A stretch of DNA of 34,543 nucleotides from a virus. The notes under the pieces are model-generated. The model had not been told where the DNA came from. It did no database searches and saw only the letters and a program-made list of their open reading frames with translations. The stretch lies in UHGV virus genome UHGV-0068935; one strand, written 5' to 3'. Shown piece by piece: positions 1-9,607 of the stretch (positions are counted from its first letter, which is position 1; every line of letters starts with the position of its first letter). Made by a program: the position numbers and the translations under genes.

Positions 1-361
1 AGAATAAATAAGTTCTTCTAGCGCAATAACCCTGAACGCCGGGCTTCGGTTAGTAAGGGTTTTTTTATGCCCGCGATAAATAAACTCTCTATTCCACCAT
101 CATTATTCTCAGCGGTTGCAAGGCTTGAACGGTAAGAACAAGCAAACCCGACCACCATTTTGCTGTTCATAGCCACTTGCTGGAAGTTAGCCGACCTCAC
201 TCATACTCACCGTTCAAAGCGTGCCCCCGTTTTACCCCTGCACATTTGTGAACGCCAGCAGAGTTTTTTATGCGATTGCAGATATGGAAAGCGGCTCGGA
301 GAGAAAAGCAAAAGATGGAAAAGTTACAAAAAAAAATCGCGAGATACATCGCATAAAACAA

Positions 362-378
362 CGCCACCCGAAGGTGGC
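362..378. repeat. attL: Putative attL core (CGCCACCCGAAGGTGGC), left copy of 17-bp direct repeat
   Basis: Identical 17-mer recurs at 34460..34476; lies about 90 bp beyond the int stop codon, as expected for a P2-type attL. Confidence 0.45.
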
Positions 379-467
379 ATAGGGGGTAGCATGTACCGCA
401 CCACCCCTTTATATATCAAATAGTTACAAGTTCAAAGTGGTTCGAAATCGTGCCATTTAGTCCCCGT

Positions 468-1463
468 TTATGGGCAAAATCTGGACAACTCCGCAACCGG
501 ATTGAACCTTACCGCGTCCTGGAGATAATCAGGTGCAAAGTGCGCATAGGTCATTGTTTGCTGAATTGTGCTGTGCCCTAAAATACGCTGAAGGGTAATA
601 ATGTTCCCTCCATTTATCATGAAATGAGTTGCGAATGTGTGCCGTAAAACATGCACAGACTGACCGACTGGTAAATCAGGCCGCACAGTCCTTATTGCAC
701 TTCTGACTATCGCATAACTGGGGTTCATTAATCTTCCAGTCGCTTTGACTTTAATCAGAGATTCAAGATCTTTAGCTATAGGAATAACCCGCCGCGATCC
801 ATTCTTTGTCTCCATGAAAATAACCTTCCCACCAATTATGTGTTCACCTTTAATATTGGCAACTTCACCCCAGCGCCCGCCTGTAGCCAGGCTTAACAAT
901 ACAGCCTTAAGATTATCGCCAGATAAAAGTGCGGTTAGCCTGGGAATATCATCATGTGCAAGATAAGCCATTTCCGGCTGATTAATTGTTAGCTTGCGTA
1001 TCTCGTGAAACGGGTTATCACCCACAAACTCTTCAACATCAATCAGCTTTTCAAAGAAACCACTCATCATTGCACAATAACGATTTACCGTTGACTGCTT
1101 AATTCCGCGATTCATTAATTCAAGGCGATATCTGATAATATTTTTTCGGGTTAAGTGGTCACTTCTGTTAATACCAAGCTCTTGCATATCACGAAGAACC
1201 GCTTCAATTCTGACCCGATTCATCGCGCCATAACGATGATTCTTACCGTGGTACACCCACCACAGTTCCAGAAGATCGCTTAACGCTTTACGTTCAATAG
1301 GTTTTTCGACCCAGTCCTTATCGTGATAATGCGTCAGAACATGGCGTTCATACATCGCCGCTTCACCACGGGTAGGAAATCGCCGCCGAAATCTTCTTCC
1401 TTCAGATCCAGCAGGCCGCACGTCCACACAGTATTTGCCATCAGCGAGCTTCTTAATCGACAT
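468..1463 (-). CDS. int: Tyrosine integrase, P2 Int-like
   Basis: N-terminus MSIKKLADGKYCVDVRP and C-terminus HVLRHTFATHFMINGGNIITLQRILGHSTIQQTMTYAHFAPDYLQDA closely match my memory of P2 Int; start set at the internal Met matching the P2 N-terminus (track ORF extends to 1499). Confidence 0.9.
   Translation of the reverse strand: MSIKKLADGKYCVDVRPAGSEGRRFRRRFPTRGEAAMYERHVLTHYHDKDWVEKPIERKALSDLLELWWVYHGKNHRYGAMNRVRIEAVLRDMQELGINRSDHLTRKNIIRYRLELMNRGIKQSTVNRYCAMMSGFFEKLIDVEEFVGDNPFHEIRKLTINQPEMAYLAHDDIPRLTALLSGDNLKAVLLSLATGGRWGEVANIKGEHIIGGKVIFMETKNGSRRVIPIAKDLESLIKVKATGRLMNPSYAIVRSAIRTVRPDLPVGQSVHVLRHTFATHFMINGGNIITLQRILGHSTIQQTMTYAHFAPDYLQDAVRFNPVAELSRFCP
476..489. repeat. Putative Int arm-type site AAAATCTGGACAAC, left copy
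   Basis: 13 of 14 nt identical to AAAATGTGGACAAC at 34401..34414; both sit about 50-110 bp inside the proposed att cores. Confidence 0.3.
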
Positions 1464-1529
1464 AAGGAAGCCCCCCAATGAAAACATCATCTTGATCACA
1501 ATTTTGAGAAATAAAGGCCAGATGGACCG

Positions 1530-1829
1530 TTAACCAGTCTTCTTGCCGGAGTGGGATGATTCCGCTTCGCTTTGCCCAATGTGTGCGAGAGCCGGTACCA
1601 CCTGCCCGGCCTTTGGTTCGACCTCATCGAACAAAAACCAGTCACGGTATTTACGGAAACGAGCGTGCCGCAAAAGAAGGATCCCAAAATCAAGAGGCAT
1701 CTTAGATTTCCCACTTTCATAGCCATGATATGTATAGTAATTAATTCCAATTAAATCAGATAGTTCCTTCATTTTCATCCGTTCGGACTCTCTGATAAGT
1801 TTTAATTTCTCATTTTGCGGTATTGACAT
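1530..1829 (-). CDS. C: Immunity repressor C, P2 C-like (99 aa)
   Basis: C-terminal PALAHIGQSEAESSHSGKKTG matches P2 C (PALAHFGQNETTSPHSGQKTG); HTH in N-terminal half; start at internal Met MSIPQ to give the P2-like length. Confidence 0.85.
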   Translation of the reverse strand: MSIPQNEKLKLIRESERMKMKELSDLIGINYYTYHGYESGKSKMPLDFGILLLRHARFRKYRDWFLFDEVEPKAGQVVPALAHIGQSEAESSHSGKKTG

Positions 1830-1851
1830 AATTTTTCTAATCTCCAATAAT
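1823..1851 (+). promoter_or_regulatory. Putative early promoter Pe (TTGACA-N17-AATAAT) reading into cox
   Basis: Consensus -35 TTGACA at 1823..1828 and AATAAT 17 nt downstream, in the C-cox intergenic switch region; the -35 overlaps the C start codon. Confidence 0.4.
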
Positions 1852-1936
1852 TTTTGTGTATAGCAACACAAGAATAGTCGCAATTGGTTCTACATGGTCC
1901 CTATTCGAAAAAGGGGCCAATAACGGAGGATACCAG

Positions 1937-2362
1937 ATGCAAGAAGTCACTCAAAACGCGCCTGAATCGCCTGCCGAAACACAGTGCGATCAGTTGACAG
2001 ATGCGCCAGAAACCGCACACCTGAAGACCGGCCGCAAAGCCCCTGAACGCCAGGAAATCCGGCTTTCACAAAACCCTTCTCATCTCCTGTCAAAAGAAGG
2101 GTTTGCGATGTATATCGGCAAGACCGTTGACGCCATCGTGAGCATGGCAAAAGCAGGGAAATTACCCGCTGTGTACATGGCGGACCCTCTCAAGCCTGGC
2201 GGAAACGCCGAACTCTACATCAACCGGAAAGCGTGGGATGAAGCCTGCGATCGACTCACTGAAAACGCACCGCAAGAATGGCACGAATGGGAAAACCGAC
2301 TTTTTTTATTTAAGCCAGCAGCTGGTTCACGGAATAAACGCATCAGTAATAAAGCTGCGTGA
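1937..2362 (+). CDS. cox: Cox-like excisionase/early regulator with N-terminal extension
   Basis: Segment FAMYIGKTVDAIVSMAKAGKLPAVYMADPLKPGGNAELYINRKAWDE aligns with P2 Cox (FAKLIGKSTGAVRRMIDKGKLPVIDMTDPQSASGRAGEYWVYLPAWNN); GGAGGA RBS before ATG 1937; protein is about 50 aa longer than P2 Cox. Confidence 0.65.
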   Translation: MQEVTQNAPESPAETQCDQLTDAPETAHLKTGRKAPERQEIRLSQNPSHLLSKEGFAMYIGKTVDAIVSMAKAGKLPAVYMADPLKPGGNAELYINRKAWDEACDRLTENAPQEWHEWENRLFLFKPAAGSRNKRISNKAA

Positions 2363-2392
2363 TATAGAACTGGCAATCATTGGAGGGGCAAG

Positions 2393-2623
2393 ATGATTAA
2401 ACACACGGAAATCAGACAAAGAATAAAAATAAGCGACGACGCTTCAGTAATAATCTGTAATCAGAACTTAGATGCCATTGTTCGGGCTGGCAACGATTTG
2501 TATTTCCATTACCCGACCCATTGCATCGTTGTGACATTTGAAACAGAAGAGTCCTTAAAAAATGCAATGGAGCAGACAGGATTTCAGAATGAAACAGTAA
2601 TAAGAAAAGACAACTGGGCATAA
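2393..2623 (+). CDS. Hypothetical early protein (76 aa)
   Basis: ORF with GGAGG RBS upstream, in early operon. Confidence 0.5.
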   Translation: MIKHTEIRQRIKISDDASVIICNQNLDAIVRAGNDLYFHYPTHCIVVTFETEESLKNAMEQTGFQNETVIRKDNWA

Positions 2624-2675
2624 ATACCAATACACCGTTATTTCAATTCTTTTAACTTAAGCGGGTTTTTCCGAT

Positions 2676-3011
2676 ATGACACAGCGACGCAACTTCCGCA
2701 CTGGCACAGAACGCCACGCAGCCCGTTTCTCAACCAGTGCATCACGCAGCAACACGCACTACAGCCTGCAGGAAACGCACGCCACACCTGACGGGCATCC
2801 GGTTAAACAAACCGGTAAACACACCTGGCTGATTAATGATGCCGGAATTGTCATTCACCGGGGCGCACGCAACCCGATTACCGGGAATACCTGTTACTCC
2901 CTGACTCGCGGAGATGAGCAGTTCGGGCAGGATTTCACCCTGCACGAAGCATTAAGAACGGCAGACCGATTAATCAGCGGTCGCAGTTTTCAGCATCCAT
3001 GGGGGAATTAA
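2676..3011 (+). CDS. Hypothetical early protein (111 aa)
   Basis: ORF in early operon, no recognisable motif. Confidence 0.4.
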   Translation: MTQRRNFRTGTERHAARFSTSASRSNTHYSLQETHATPDGHPVKQTGKHTWLINDAGIVIHRGARNPITGNTCYSLTRGDEQFGQDFTLHEALRTADRLISGRSFQHPWGN

Positions 3012-3014
3012 TAC

Positions 3015-3269
3015 ATGGCAACAACGACAAAAGACATGGCAGAGATAGCATCAGCCTACACAATTATCATACACCGGCTCATAGCTAATAATGCCCGTAA
3101 TGCACTAAATACAGCAAAACCTTTATGGGAAACAAAAAAAGATATCATCAGCGCATTACAGGGGCTACAGAAATGCGCCGACCTCGCAGGCGATTACGCC
3201 GCATACATGGCTATTGAAGACACGATAGAGAAGATTGAATCAGGTAAATCATTAAGCGATTTTGTTTAA
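3015..3269 (+). CDS. Hypothetical early protein (84 aa)
   Basis: Tightly packed ORF in same orientation. Confidence 0.45.
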   Translation: MATTTKDMAEIASAYTIIIHRLIANNARNALNTAKPLWETKKDIISALQGLQKCADLAGDYAAYMAIEDTIEKIESGKSLSDFV

Positions 3270-3289
3270 TTGTTTTCCGGGGAAATACA

Positions 3290-3532
3290 ATGGACAAAGA
3301 ATATAAGGTTCTCATCAATAAAGCCCTTGAGCGCTTTAACTTTCGCCTGAGTATGTCAGGAGTTGCCGCAGAACATGCAGCAAGAGACTCACTGACCAGA
3401 GCAATTCGCAGCCTGTATGATGCAGCTTTTTACGCTGACGATCTGGATGCTCTCAATGAGCTGTCTGAGCTTGTTCGTGATGCAGAATGCGGAGTACATA
3501 TTGAGCCATACGCACTTGGGAATGCAGCATGA
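3290..3532 (+). CDS. Hypothetical early protein (80 aa)
   Basis: ORF in early operon. Confidence 0.45.
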   Translation: MDKEYKVLINKALERFNFRLSMSGVAAEHAARDSLTRAIRSLYDAAFYADDLDALNELSELVRDAECGVHIEPYALGNAA

Positions 3533-3654
3533 GCGTATTTCTTTCATGGGTGATTCTGATTATTTCCGTGCTTATGGCGATTGGCATTATGCGAATTATC
3601 GAAGCGCTGAAAAATATCGAATCTTTATTTACTGGCGAAGAACGCCGTAAATAA
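3529..3654 (+). CDS. Possible small hydrophobic peptide (41 aa, MSVFLSWVILIISVLMAIGIM...)
   Basis: ATGA start/stop overlap with upstream ORF; single predicted TM helix; below the 60-aa cut-off of the ORF track. Confidence 0.25.
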   Translation: MSVFLSWVILIISVLMAIGIMRIIEALKNIESLFTGEERRK

Positions 3655-3733
3655 ATAACCAACCGGACAGAAAACATTAAAACCATCCGCATCTGCGGAG
3701 GGCTTCACTCAATCCAGAAACGGAGAAACAGCT

Positions 3734-4012
3734 ATGAGCACCAATACACCTACAGAAATAAACAAACTATTTACCGACCCGGCGCATATTGAATTGACGC
3801 AAAAAACGCTAACTGAAATAACCAATGTACTGGATGAAAGAATATCAGAAATAGATAAAGACAAGCATTTTGCCACCTACATGGCCCTGCAAATGCAAAG
3901 CATGGCAATGGTGACAGCAAAACAGACCATCAGTGAACTCTATATGAAAAACCTGCGCCTCGAGCGCGAACTGGCAGAACTCCGGGCACAGTCCGGCCAG
4001 TTTTCAGCGTGA
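3734..4012 (+). CDS. Hypothetical protein (92 aa), coiled-coil-like C-terminus
   Basis: ORF in early operon. Confidence 0.45.
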   Translation: MSTNTPTEINKLFTDPAHIELTQKTLTEITNVLDERISEIDKDKHFATYMALQMQSMAMVTAKQTISELYMKNLRLERELAELRAQSGQFSA

Positions 4013-4266
4013 GGGGCAGGTCGATGAACAGCATATTTACCGCCACCATGCTGACGCGTTTCACCGATGCCGTGGGCCACGAGTTCATGGTGGAAAGTCA
4101 TTTGATCACAACGACCACGCCGTGCCCGTCAGACGCTGATTATCTCTACATCCATCTGGCTGACGGCACACAAATCACCGCGATTGCCAGTACCGTTCGC
4201 GAAGTAACGGCCATCAGAGGGGCATGGAAATCAGAAACACAAGCCCACGGAGAGCTGCGGCCATGA
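4009..4266 (+). CDS. Hypothetical protein (85 aa)
   Basis: ORF overlapping neighbours by 4 nt. Confidence 0.4.
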   Translation: MRGRSMNSIFTATMLTRFTDAVGHEFMVESHLITTTTPCPSDADYLYIHLADGTQITAIASTVREVTAIRGAWKSETQAHGELRP

Positions 4267-4475
4267 TCAGCAAGTACACCACCAACGCACGTAAACCCGG
4301 TAAAGACGCACGCCACCACATCGCCGTACTCCGCAATCTGTTACTGGAGGAAATCGACGACTTCACGGCAACGCTGAGCGGTCCGGGCGCACCAGTAACA
4401 CCAGGTGAGATCCACCGGGACCTTAAACGCCGTATTGAAAACGCCATTGATTACACCCTGAACCCGACCGAATAA
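4263..4475 (+). CDS. Hypothetical protein (about 70 aa)
   Basis: ATGA overlap with upstream ORF; alternative start at 4224. Confidence 0.35.
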   Translation: MISKYTTNARKPGKDARHHIAVLRNLLLEEIDDFTATLSGPGAPVTPGEIHRDLKRRIENAIDYTLNPTE

Positions 4476-4501
4476 CCGGAACAGTAACGGAGGTTATCGC
4501 G

Positions 4502-5056
4502 ATGAGACTTACACCTATGGGAATACCGGGCAAAGACCCGGCACATGTGAAGGCGTGGACACAGCAGGAAGATCGGTTACTCATCTCGCTTTATCAGGAA
4601 CACAACACACATCAGATGGCTGAACGAATTCAGCGAACCCGTAAAGCAGTTATGTACCGGATTCGTTTTTTACGTAATCGTGGGCTGATTGGCCGCAAGA
4701 GAAAAGCACCACTGAGTACAGAAGCCATAGCCTTTCTTATTAAAAACCGTCATGTAAAAACCGCACAGGAAATGGCTCTGGAAGTGGGATGCAGTGAGTG
4801 CACAGTGAGGTACACACTGCGTAAACGGGGTTACAACCTGAAAAAATGCGGTGAGAACCACCATTGCGCCAGATACAGCGATCATCTGGTTGAGCTGGTC
4901 ACGGAGCTACGCGACATACACAACATGACGTTCTGCATGATCGCTGAACACATCAACAGCACGATACAGATGCACATTAACGACGATGCGGCGTTTCATC
5001 TCTACCACCGCCGCACCGCAACTGACGCAGTGCTCTGTGAACTGTTACCGGGCTGA
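4502..5056 (+). CDS. Putative DNA-binding protein with two HTH-like segments (184 aa)
   Basis: Basic helix-turn-helix-like segments (RIQRTRKAVMYRIRFLRNRG and AQEMALEVGCSECTVRYTLRKRG); no firm family assignment. Confidence 0.45.
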   Translation: MRLTPMGIPGKDPAHVKAWTQQEDRLLISLYQEHNTHQMAERIQRTRKAVMYRIRFLRNRGLIGRKRKAPLSTEAIAFLIKNRHVKTAQEMALEVGCSECTVRYTLRKRGYNLKKCGENHHCARYSDHLVELVTELRDIHNMTFCMIAEHINSTIQMHINDDAAFHLYHRRTATDAVLCELLPG

Positions 5057-5376
5057 GTGATCATCATGCACACACAAAAAAACCGCTTGCCAGCGTTCGC
5101 CTGGTCGGGTTACAGTTTTCCCGCACCTCATAAAACGGGTGCCGGGATTACCACCCCGCCGACTACAAGAGCGCACAACCGCGCCAGCGGTTTTTTTGTG
5201 CGTACTGTATCGCCACGTCTTTTTCGCGTCAGAATTATGGCGGGGCGTACGGGGCCGACTTCGGTCGGGCCGGGATCTCTTGTAGCCGGTTGTGGTAACC
5301 CTGTACGTCTCGCCACCCTGAGATTACCGCCTCGGGTTGGTGAGTTTTCAGAACTTACTACAAGAGGCCAAACACC

Positions 5377-5604
5377 ATGGCAAACCGCAAACAACAGCGC
5401 GCCCGCGCTGAGCGTCTTCACATCCGCACTGAAATTAACCGCAGACTCCATCGGGCTGCATCTGTCACCTTCATCATGCAGTCAAACGCATTACATCGAC
5501 TTAACGATGGTATCGCTGCCGGGTATTACGCGGCAGTCTTCAGCTATCTGGCCGAAGACCTGGCAGAACTGCAGGACCTTATCAACCAGCAACACCACCA
5601 CTAA
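5377..5604 (+). CDS. Hypothetical protein (75 aa)
   Basis: ORF following a 320-bp structured non-coding region. Confidence 0.4.
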   Translation: MANRKQQRARAERLHIRTEINRRLHRAASVTFIMQSNALHRLNDGIAAGYYAAVFSYLAEDLAELQDLINQQHHH

Positions 5605-5672
5605 ACAACATCCTGAAGCCATCCCGCACCCGTGCGCGGGAGGCTTCCGCACGTCTGTTACCGGAGGTTCTC

Positions 5673-6083
5673 ATGAAGAGCGTTAAGGGACTTTCAGATA
5701 TTCAGGATTTTTTTAACTGGATGTGGGCAGTGGATCCCCGGCTGGCTTCCCGCCTGAACGACTGGCACGACTATTACCGCCGCGCCTGTAAACAGGCCGC
5801 CAGACACGTCACCACATACGGGGATTTCTCCTTCACCGTTGACGACCGTTACCGCGTGGACGTGAAAGGTGATGGTTTTGGTTTATTTCACATCAACGGA
5901 ACCGACAGCACCGCCATCAGTTGGTCGTCGTCAGAGATGACGCTTGTTCTGGAAATGACAAACCACAGCGTGGCCGTGAAAGGTATATACACCGCAGAAG
6001 ACTTTATCGGTGAATACCAGCGCCTTCTCGTGCTGTACCGCGCGGCGTTTCAGGCGGCGACTGCCGGGGAGTGCGACGCATGA
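5673..6083 (+). CDS. Hypothetical protein (136 aa) immediately upstream of and overlapping A
   Basis: ORF overlapping the A start; position corresponds to the replication-accessory region of P2-like phages. Confidence 0.45.
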   Translation: MKSVKGLSDIQDFFNWMWAVDPRLASRLNDWHDYYRRACKQAARHVTTYGDFSFTVDDRYRVDVKGDGFGLFHINGTDSTAISWSSSEMTLVLEMTNHSVAVKGIYTAEDFIGEYQRLLVLYRAAFQAATAGECDA

Positions 6084-8599
6084 GCGACCATAATGCACAA
6101 CTGGCGTACCCGTGGAACGCCCCGCTACCGGTTATCGATCCTGAAACGTTCGGCAGAGCGCAGCCAACCGCATTACGCCAGGCCATTCAGAGCTACATCA
6201 ACGAGGATATTCGCACTGACGCCAGACTGGATGAAGAAACCGTCGCCTTCCTGACAACCACAGACGAAGGGAAGCGAATTAATTCGCATCTTTACCACGA
6301 CGAAGAGCGTCGGATCAGGCTGGAAAAACTGGCGCGGCACAAACACGAGAATCCGCCAACACTGGTATCTGAAGCCATGGCAGAGCTGCGCGCCCTGCCG
6401 CCGTTTCTTGCCGGTCCGCTCATCCGTGACCTGGCGCGCCTGAGCCGCAAACAGGAGAGCGCACGCCGGGAAGGGCTTAAGAATAACAGCGCATATGCGG
6501 CGGATAACTTCGTTCGTCACGGGCTGCGTGCCCGCCTGAAACGTATCGCCCGTGTGAATGAACGCTTTGCCACCCCGGCCTTTAAGGCCACCGCCGCGCG
6601 CGAACGGCTGGATGAACTGCTTATGCTGCCACAGCTGAGCCGTGACGAAATCCAGCGCCTTGCCACCCTGACCGCCACCGCGTTTTCCACCGCACTGGAG
6701 CGCGCATGTGATGAAGTCATCGAAAAGACCGGCAGGGGTGACGATGACCTGCTCACCTGGTTACTGACCTACCAGCCACTGGCACACATGGCGTTAAAAC
6801 TGGGTATCACGCCACCCTGCTGGCCGTCGCTGGAAATCAGGCCCGACCGCCGCACCGACCCCGACCCGGAACGGGTGCCGGGTGCGGTCATGCGCCTTTC
6901 CTGTGCGACATGGTGGAACAGTCAGTTAAGACACCTCCGGGACATCTGGCGTGAAGAACTGTTACGCGCCGCAGGTCTGGTGTCACGTAAGACATCGGTA
7001 TATATCAGCCATGAAGCGTTACTGGACTGGCGCGAAAAACGCCAGCGCACCCGCGATTTTCTGAAGGCCTGGGACATCGAGAACGAAGAGGGAGAACGGT
7101 TCAGCCTTGAGGATATCTACTGGGCAGGTCTCTCTAATCCGCGTAACCGCCGTAACGAGATGATGACCTGCGCCCGGGGAATGGAGCAGGTCGCCGAAGC
7201 ACGCGGCGACGTGGCGTTTTTCGTCACCGTCACAGCCCCTTCCCGTTTTCACAGCGTGAACGATGACGGCAGCCTGAACCCGAAATACTGCGGAGCAACG
7301 GTACGCGATGCCAGTGATTATCTGGTTTACCGCTTTTTCGCCGCCGTCCGCAGGGCCATCGACAAGGCCGGGCTGGGCTGGTACGGCGTGCGCACCGTGG
7401 AGCCCCACCACGACGGTACACCGCACTGGCACATGCTGGTATTCACCAGCCAGGAAAACGAAGCCCGTATCACTGAAATCATGCGCAACGCCGCCATCAG
7501 GGAGGACCGCGCAGAGCTGGGTGATGATATCTCCCCGCGTTTTAAATGCAAAAAAATCGACCCGGCAAAAGGCACACCGACAAGCTATATCGCGACCTAT
7601 ATCGGTAAGAACCTGGACGCCAGCACCTTCATGGGGAATGACCCGAAAACCGGCAAACCTTACGTCGATAAGGAATCAGGCAAAACCATGGCCGAAACCG
7701 TGGAGAACGCCATCGGCTGGGCAGGCCTTCACCGCATCCACCAGTTCCAGTTCTTCGGTATCCCTCCCCGCCAGGTATGGCGCGAACTCCGCCGTCTTGC
7801 CGGGCAAATGGCCCGTAACCCGGCTGCCCCGCAGCGTCTGGACCATGACGACATTGACGCCATACTGGCCGCCGCCGACGTGGGATGTTTTGCCACCTAT
7901 ATCACCCGCCAGGGTGGTGTGCTCATTCCCCGCAACACGTACCTGGTCCGCACCGCATACGAAACTGCCGAAGAGGCCAACGACTACGGCGAATTCCCGC
8001 AACGCATTTACGGCGTCCGCGCCCCGTCACTCGGGGAGCGCTACACCATATGCACCCACCCGGACACCTGGAAACTGGTCAGACGTAAGCCGGAAAACGA
8101 AGACCGCACGGACGAGGGTTTTGACGTTGAGTGCGGCTTTGCCGCACCTTGGACTCGTGGCAATAACTGTCCCCCTGACCAGAATCTGACCATAAACGAC
8201 CCGCCAGAAAGGCAGCCGGACGGACGCAGGGAGCAGCGACTTACCCTGCCGGAAGGTGATTTGGGTGAATGGTTAAGGTCACTGACCCCTACAGAGCGAA
8301 AACAACTCACCAGGCAGCTGAAAAACCCGCCACCTGACACGGAAACCGTGAAAAACGGCGGCATCAGTGCGCCCGCTGGCGGCGTTCGCGTGAGTGTCGC
8401 ACTGACCGCTGAGCCACACATCACCGCACAAATCACCCGTGAGCTTGATGCTCTGGGCGTGCAGCTGCATGAAAGCGCCGTCGTTTCCGTCCGTCACGGT
8501 GCCCGCGTGCGCCTGGCTGACGGACGCACCGCGTACTGGAATGACAGCACCCGCCGCATTGATATCACCCCCGCACCGAATACGGAAGCGCCACAATGA
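6071..8599 (+). CDS. A: Rolling-circle replication initiator endonuclease, P2 gpA-like (HUH superfamily)
   Basis: HUH motif in EPHHDGTPHWHMLVF and catalytic tyrosine motif SYIATYIGKNLD as in phiX174/P2 A proteins; 842 aa. Confidence 0.85.
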   Translation: MRRMSDHNAQLAYPWNAPLPVIDPETFGRAQPTALRQAIQSYINEDIRTDARLDEETVAFLTTTDEGKRINSHLYHDEERRIRLEKLARHKHENPPTLVSEAMAELRALPPFLAGPLIRDLARLSRKQESARREGLKNNSAYAADNFVRHGLRARLKRIARVNERFATPAFKATAARERLDELLMLPQLSRDEIQRLATLTATAFSTALERACDEVIEKTGRGDDDLLTWLLTYQPLAHMALKLGITPPCWPSLEIRPDRRTDPDPERVPGAVMRLSCATWWNSQLRHLRDIWREELLRAAGLVSRKTSVYISHEALLDWREKRQRTRDFLKAWDIENEEGERFSLEDIYWAGLSNPRNRRNEMMTCARGMEQVAEARGDVAFFVTVTAPSRFHSVNDDGSLNPKYCGATVRDASDYLVYRFFAAVRRAIDKAGLGWYGVRTVEPHHDGTPHWHMLVFTSQENEARITEIMRNAAIREDRAELGDDISPRFKCKKIDPAKGTPTSYIATYIGKNLDASTFMGNDPKTGKPYVDKESGKTMAETVENAIGWAGLHRIHQFQFFGIPPRQVWRELRRLAGQMARNPAAPQRLDHDDIDAILAAADVGCFATYITRQGGVLIPRNTYLVRTAYETAEEANDYGEFPQRIYGVRAPSLGERYTICTHPDTWKLVRRKPENEDRTDEGFDVECGFAAPWTRGNNCPPDQNLTINDPPERQPDGRREQRLTLPEGDLGEWLRSLTPTERKQLTRQLKNPPPDTETVKNGGISAPAGGVRVSVALTAEPHITAQITRELDALGVQLHESAVVSVRHGARVRLADGRTAYWNDSTRRIDITPAPNTEAPQ

Positions 8600-9000
8600 C
8601 CCGCTTTTATTGCGCCATGCAGCGACAGCGTTTTGACGAAATGATGCGCCAGCGCACGCCCTTACTGACCCTGAACAACATTGCCACGAGACCGCAACCA
8701 GGCGATGAGCTGGAAATCACGGTCGTCAGTCCCGATCGCACCACCACGGCCATCATCACCGACATACTCAACGGACGACCGGACAGCACTAACCGCAGCT
8801 GGCTTGTCGCCGTTCGTCCGCGCCGTCCACCCAGGGAGCCGGAGCCGCTCACGCCTGCCGGAAAAATCATGCGGCAGTACCACGAAGAGCAGGCACACAA
8901 ACACAACGCAGAACTGACCAGAACACTGGCATCGATTAACCGCAAAGCGGCAATTGCCCGCTATGTGCATTCAGCCGCTGGCAGACAATCACGCAGGTAA
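8596..9000 (+). CDS. Hypothetical protein (134 aa)
   Basis: ATGA overlap with the A stop codon. Confidence 0.45.
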   Translation: MTRFYCAMQRQRFDEMMRQRTPLLTLNNIATRPQPGDELEITVVSPDRTTTAIITDILNGRPDSTNRSWLVAVRPRRPPREPEPLTPAGKIMRQYHEEQAHKHNAELTRTLASINRKAAIARYVHSAAGRQSRR

Positions 9001-9048
9001 ACAAAGACCATGAACATAACCAGAAACAGCCAACTAAAGGAGCGCACC

Positions 9049-9219
9049 ATGAACAGCACCAGGAGGATCAGCGACAGAGAGCTTACGAAAATGATTGAGT
9101 CGGCGCAGCAGCTGCTTTCACGACAAAACCCGGTCGTGGAAGAAACATGGTGGGAGAATTTACTGGCAGCACTGACCGAACTCCGGGAACGCCGGAACAA
9201 CGAAGGAGCCGCCAAATGA
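9049..9219 (+). CDS. Hypothetical small protein (56 aa; alternative start 9010)
   Basis: AAGGAG RBS 7 nt upstream of ATG 9049. Confidence 0.4.
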   Translation: MNSTRRISDRELTKMIESAQQLLSRQNPVVEETWWENLLAALTELRERRNNEGAAK

Positions 9220-9542
9220 AGACCCCAGGAATGACCGGAAAGGAAATCATTTTACGCTACCTGGAAACGCACGCACGTTTCAGCGCCCCAGAACTGGTAG
9301 AAAAACTGGGCGTGAAAAGAACCGTCATTAATCAGGCCGCCGGAAAAATGGTACGGGAAGGGTTGCTGGTTGTGGACGGGTACACGGACAAGATAACGCA
9401 TTACCGGAAGCCAACGGAAAAGGAACGACAGGAACTGGCGCAACGGGCTGAACAGCAGCAGGAAAAATCAGTCATCGAAGCCTGCAAGCGCAGCGAAATC
9501 ATGAAGCGAATTCTGTTTATCTACGGCGCTGCATTCCGTTAA
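9216..9542 (+). CDS. Putative winged-helix DNA-binding protein (108 aa)
   Basis: Predicted HTH (SAPELVEKLGVKRTVINQAAGKMVREGLL); ATGA overlap with upstream ORF. Confidence 0.45.
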   Translation: MKTPGMTGKEIILRYLETHARFSAPELVEKLGVKRTVINQAAGKMVREGLLVVDGYTDKITHYRKPTEKERQELAQRAEQQQEKSVIEACKRSEIMKRILFIYGAAFR

Positions 9543-9556
9543 AGGAGCTGGTGAGT

Positions 9557-9581
9557 CGGGGCAAAAATTCTTTTTGCCCCG
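9557..9581. terminator. Bidirectional intrinsic terminator (CGGGGCAAAAA-TTC-TTTTTGCCCCG)
   Basis: Perfect 11-bp inverted repeat with A/T tracts on both sides, between convergent genes. Confidence 0.6.
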
Positions 9582-9607
9582 GCGAAGCAGCAGACAAGCG
9601 AAGCGCG

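Noticed and set aside
160-423. 87-aa plus-strand ORF in the left flank running through the putative attL core
   Set aside because: Lys/Arg-rich low-complexity product, no RBS, crosses the att repeat; likely not a gene. A 28-aa ORF at 270..356 ending just before the terminator-like core cannot be assessed without comparison.
440-460. tRNA T-loop-like motif GGTTCGAAATCG
   Set aside because: No flanking acceptor or anticodon stems forming a cloverleaf could be built by eye; I found no tRNA or tmRNA in the window, although P2-family phages sometimes integrate at such genes.
5057-5686. 209-aa plus-strand ORF (and 107-aa minus-strand ORF 5128..5451) across the structured non-coding region
   Set aside because: Pro/Thr/Arg-rich low-complexity translation, no RBS, overlaps repeats and hairpins and the well-placed downstream gene at 5377; treated as non-coding.
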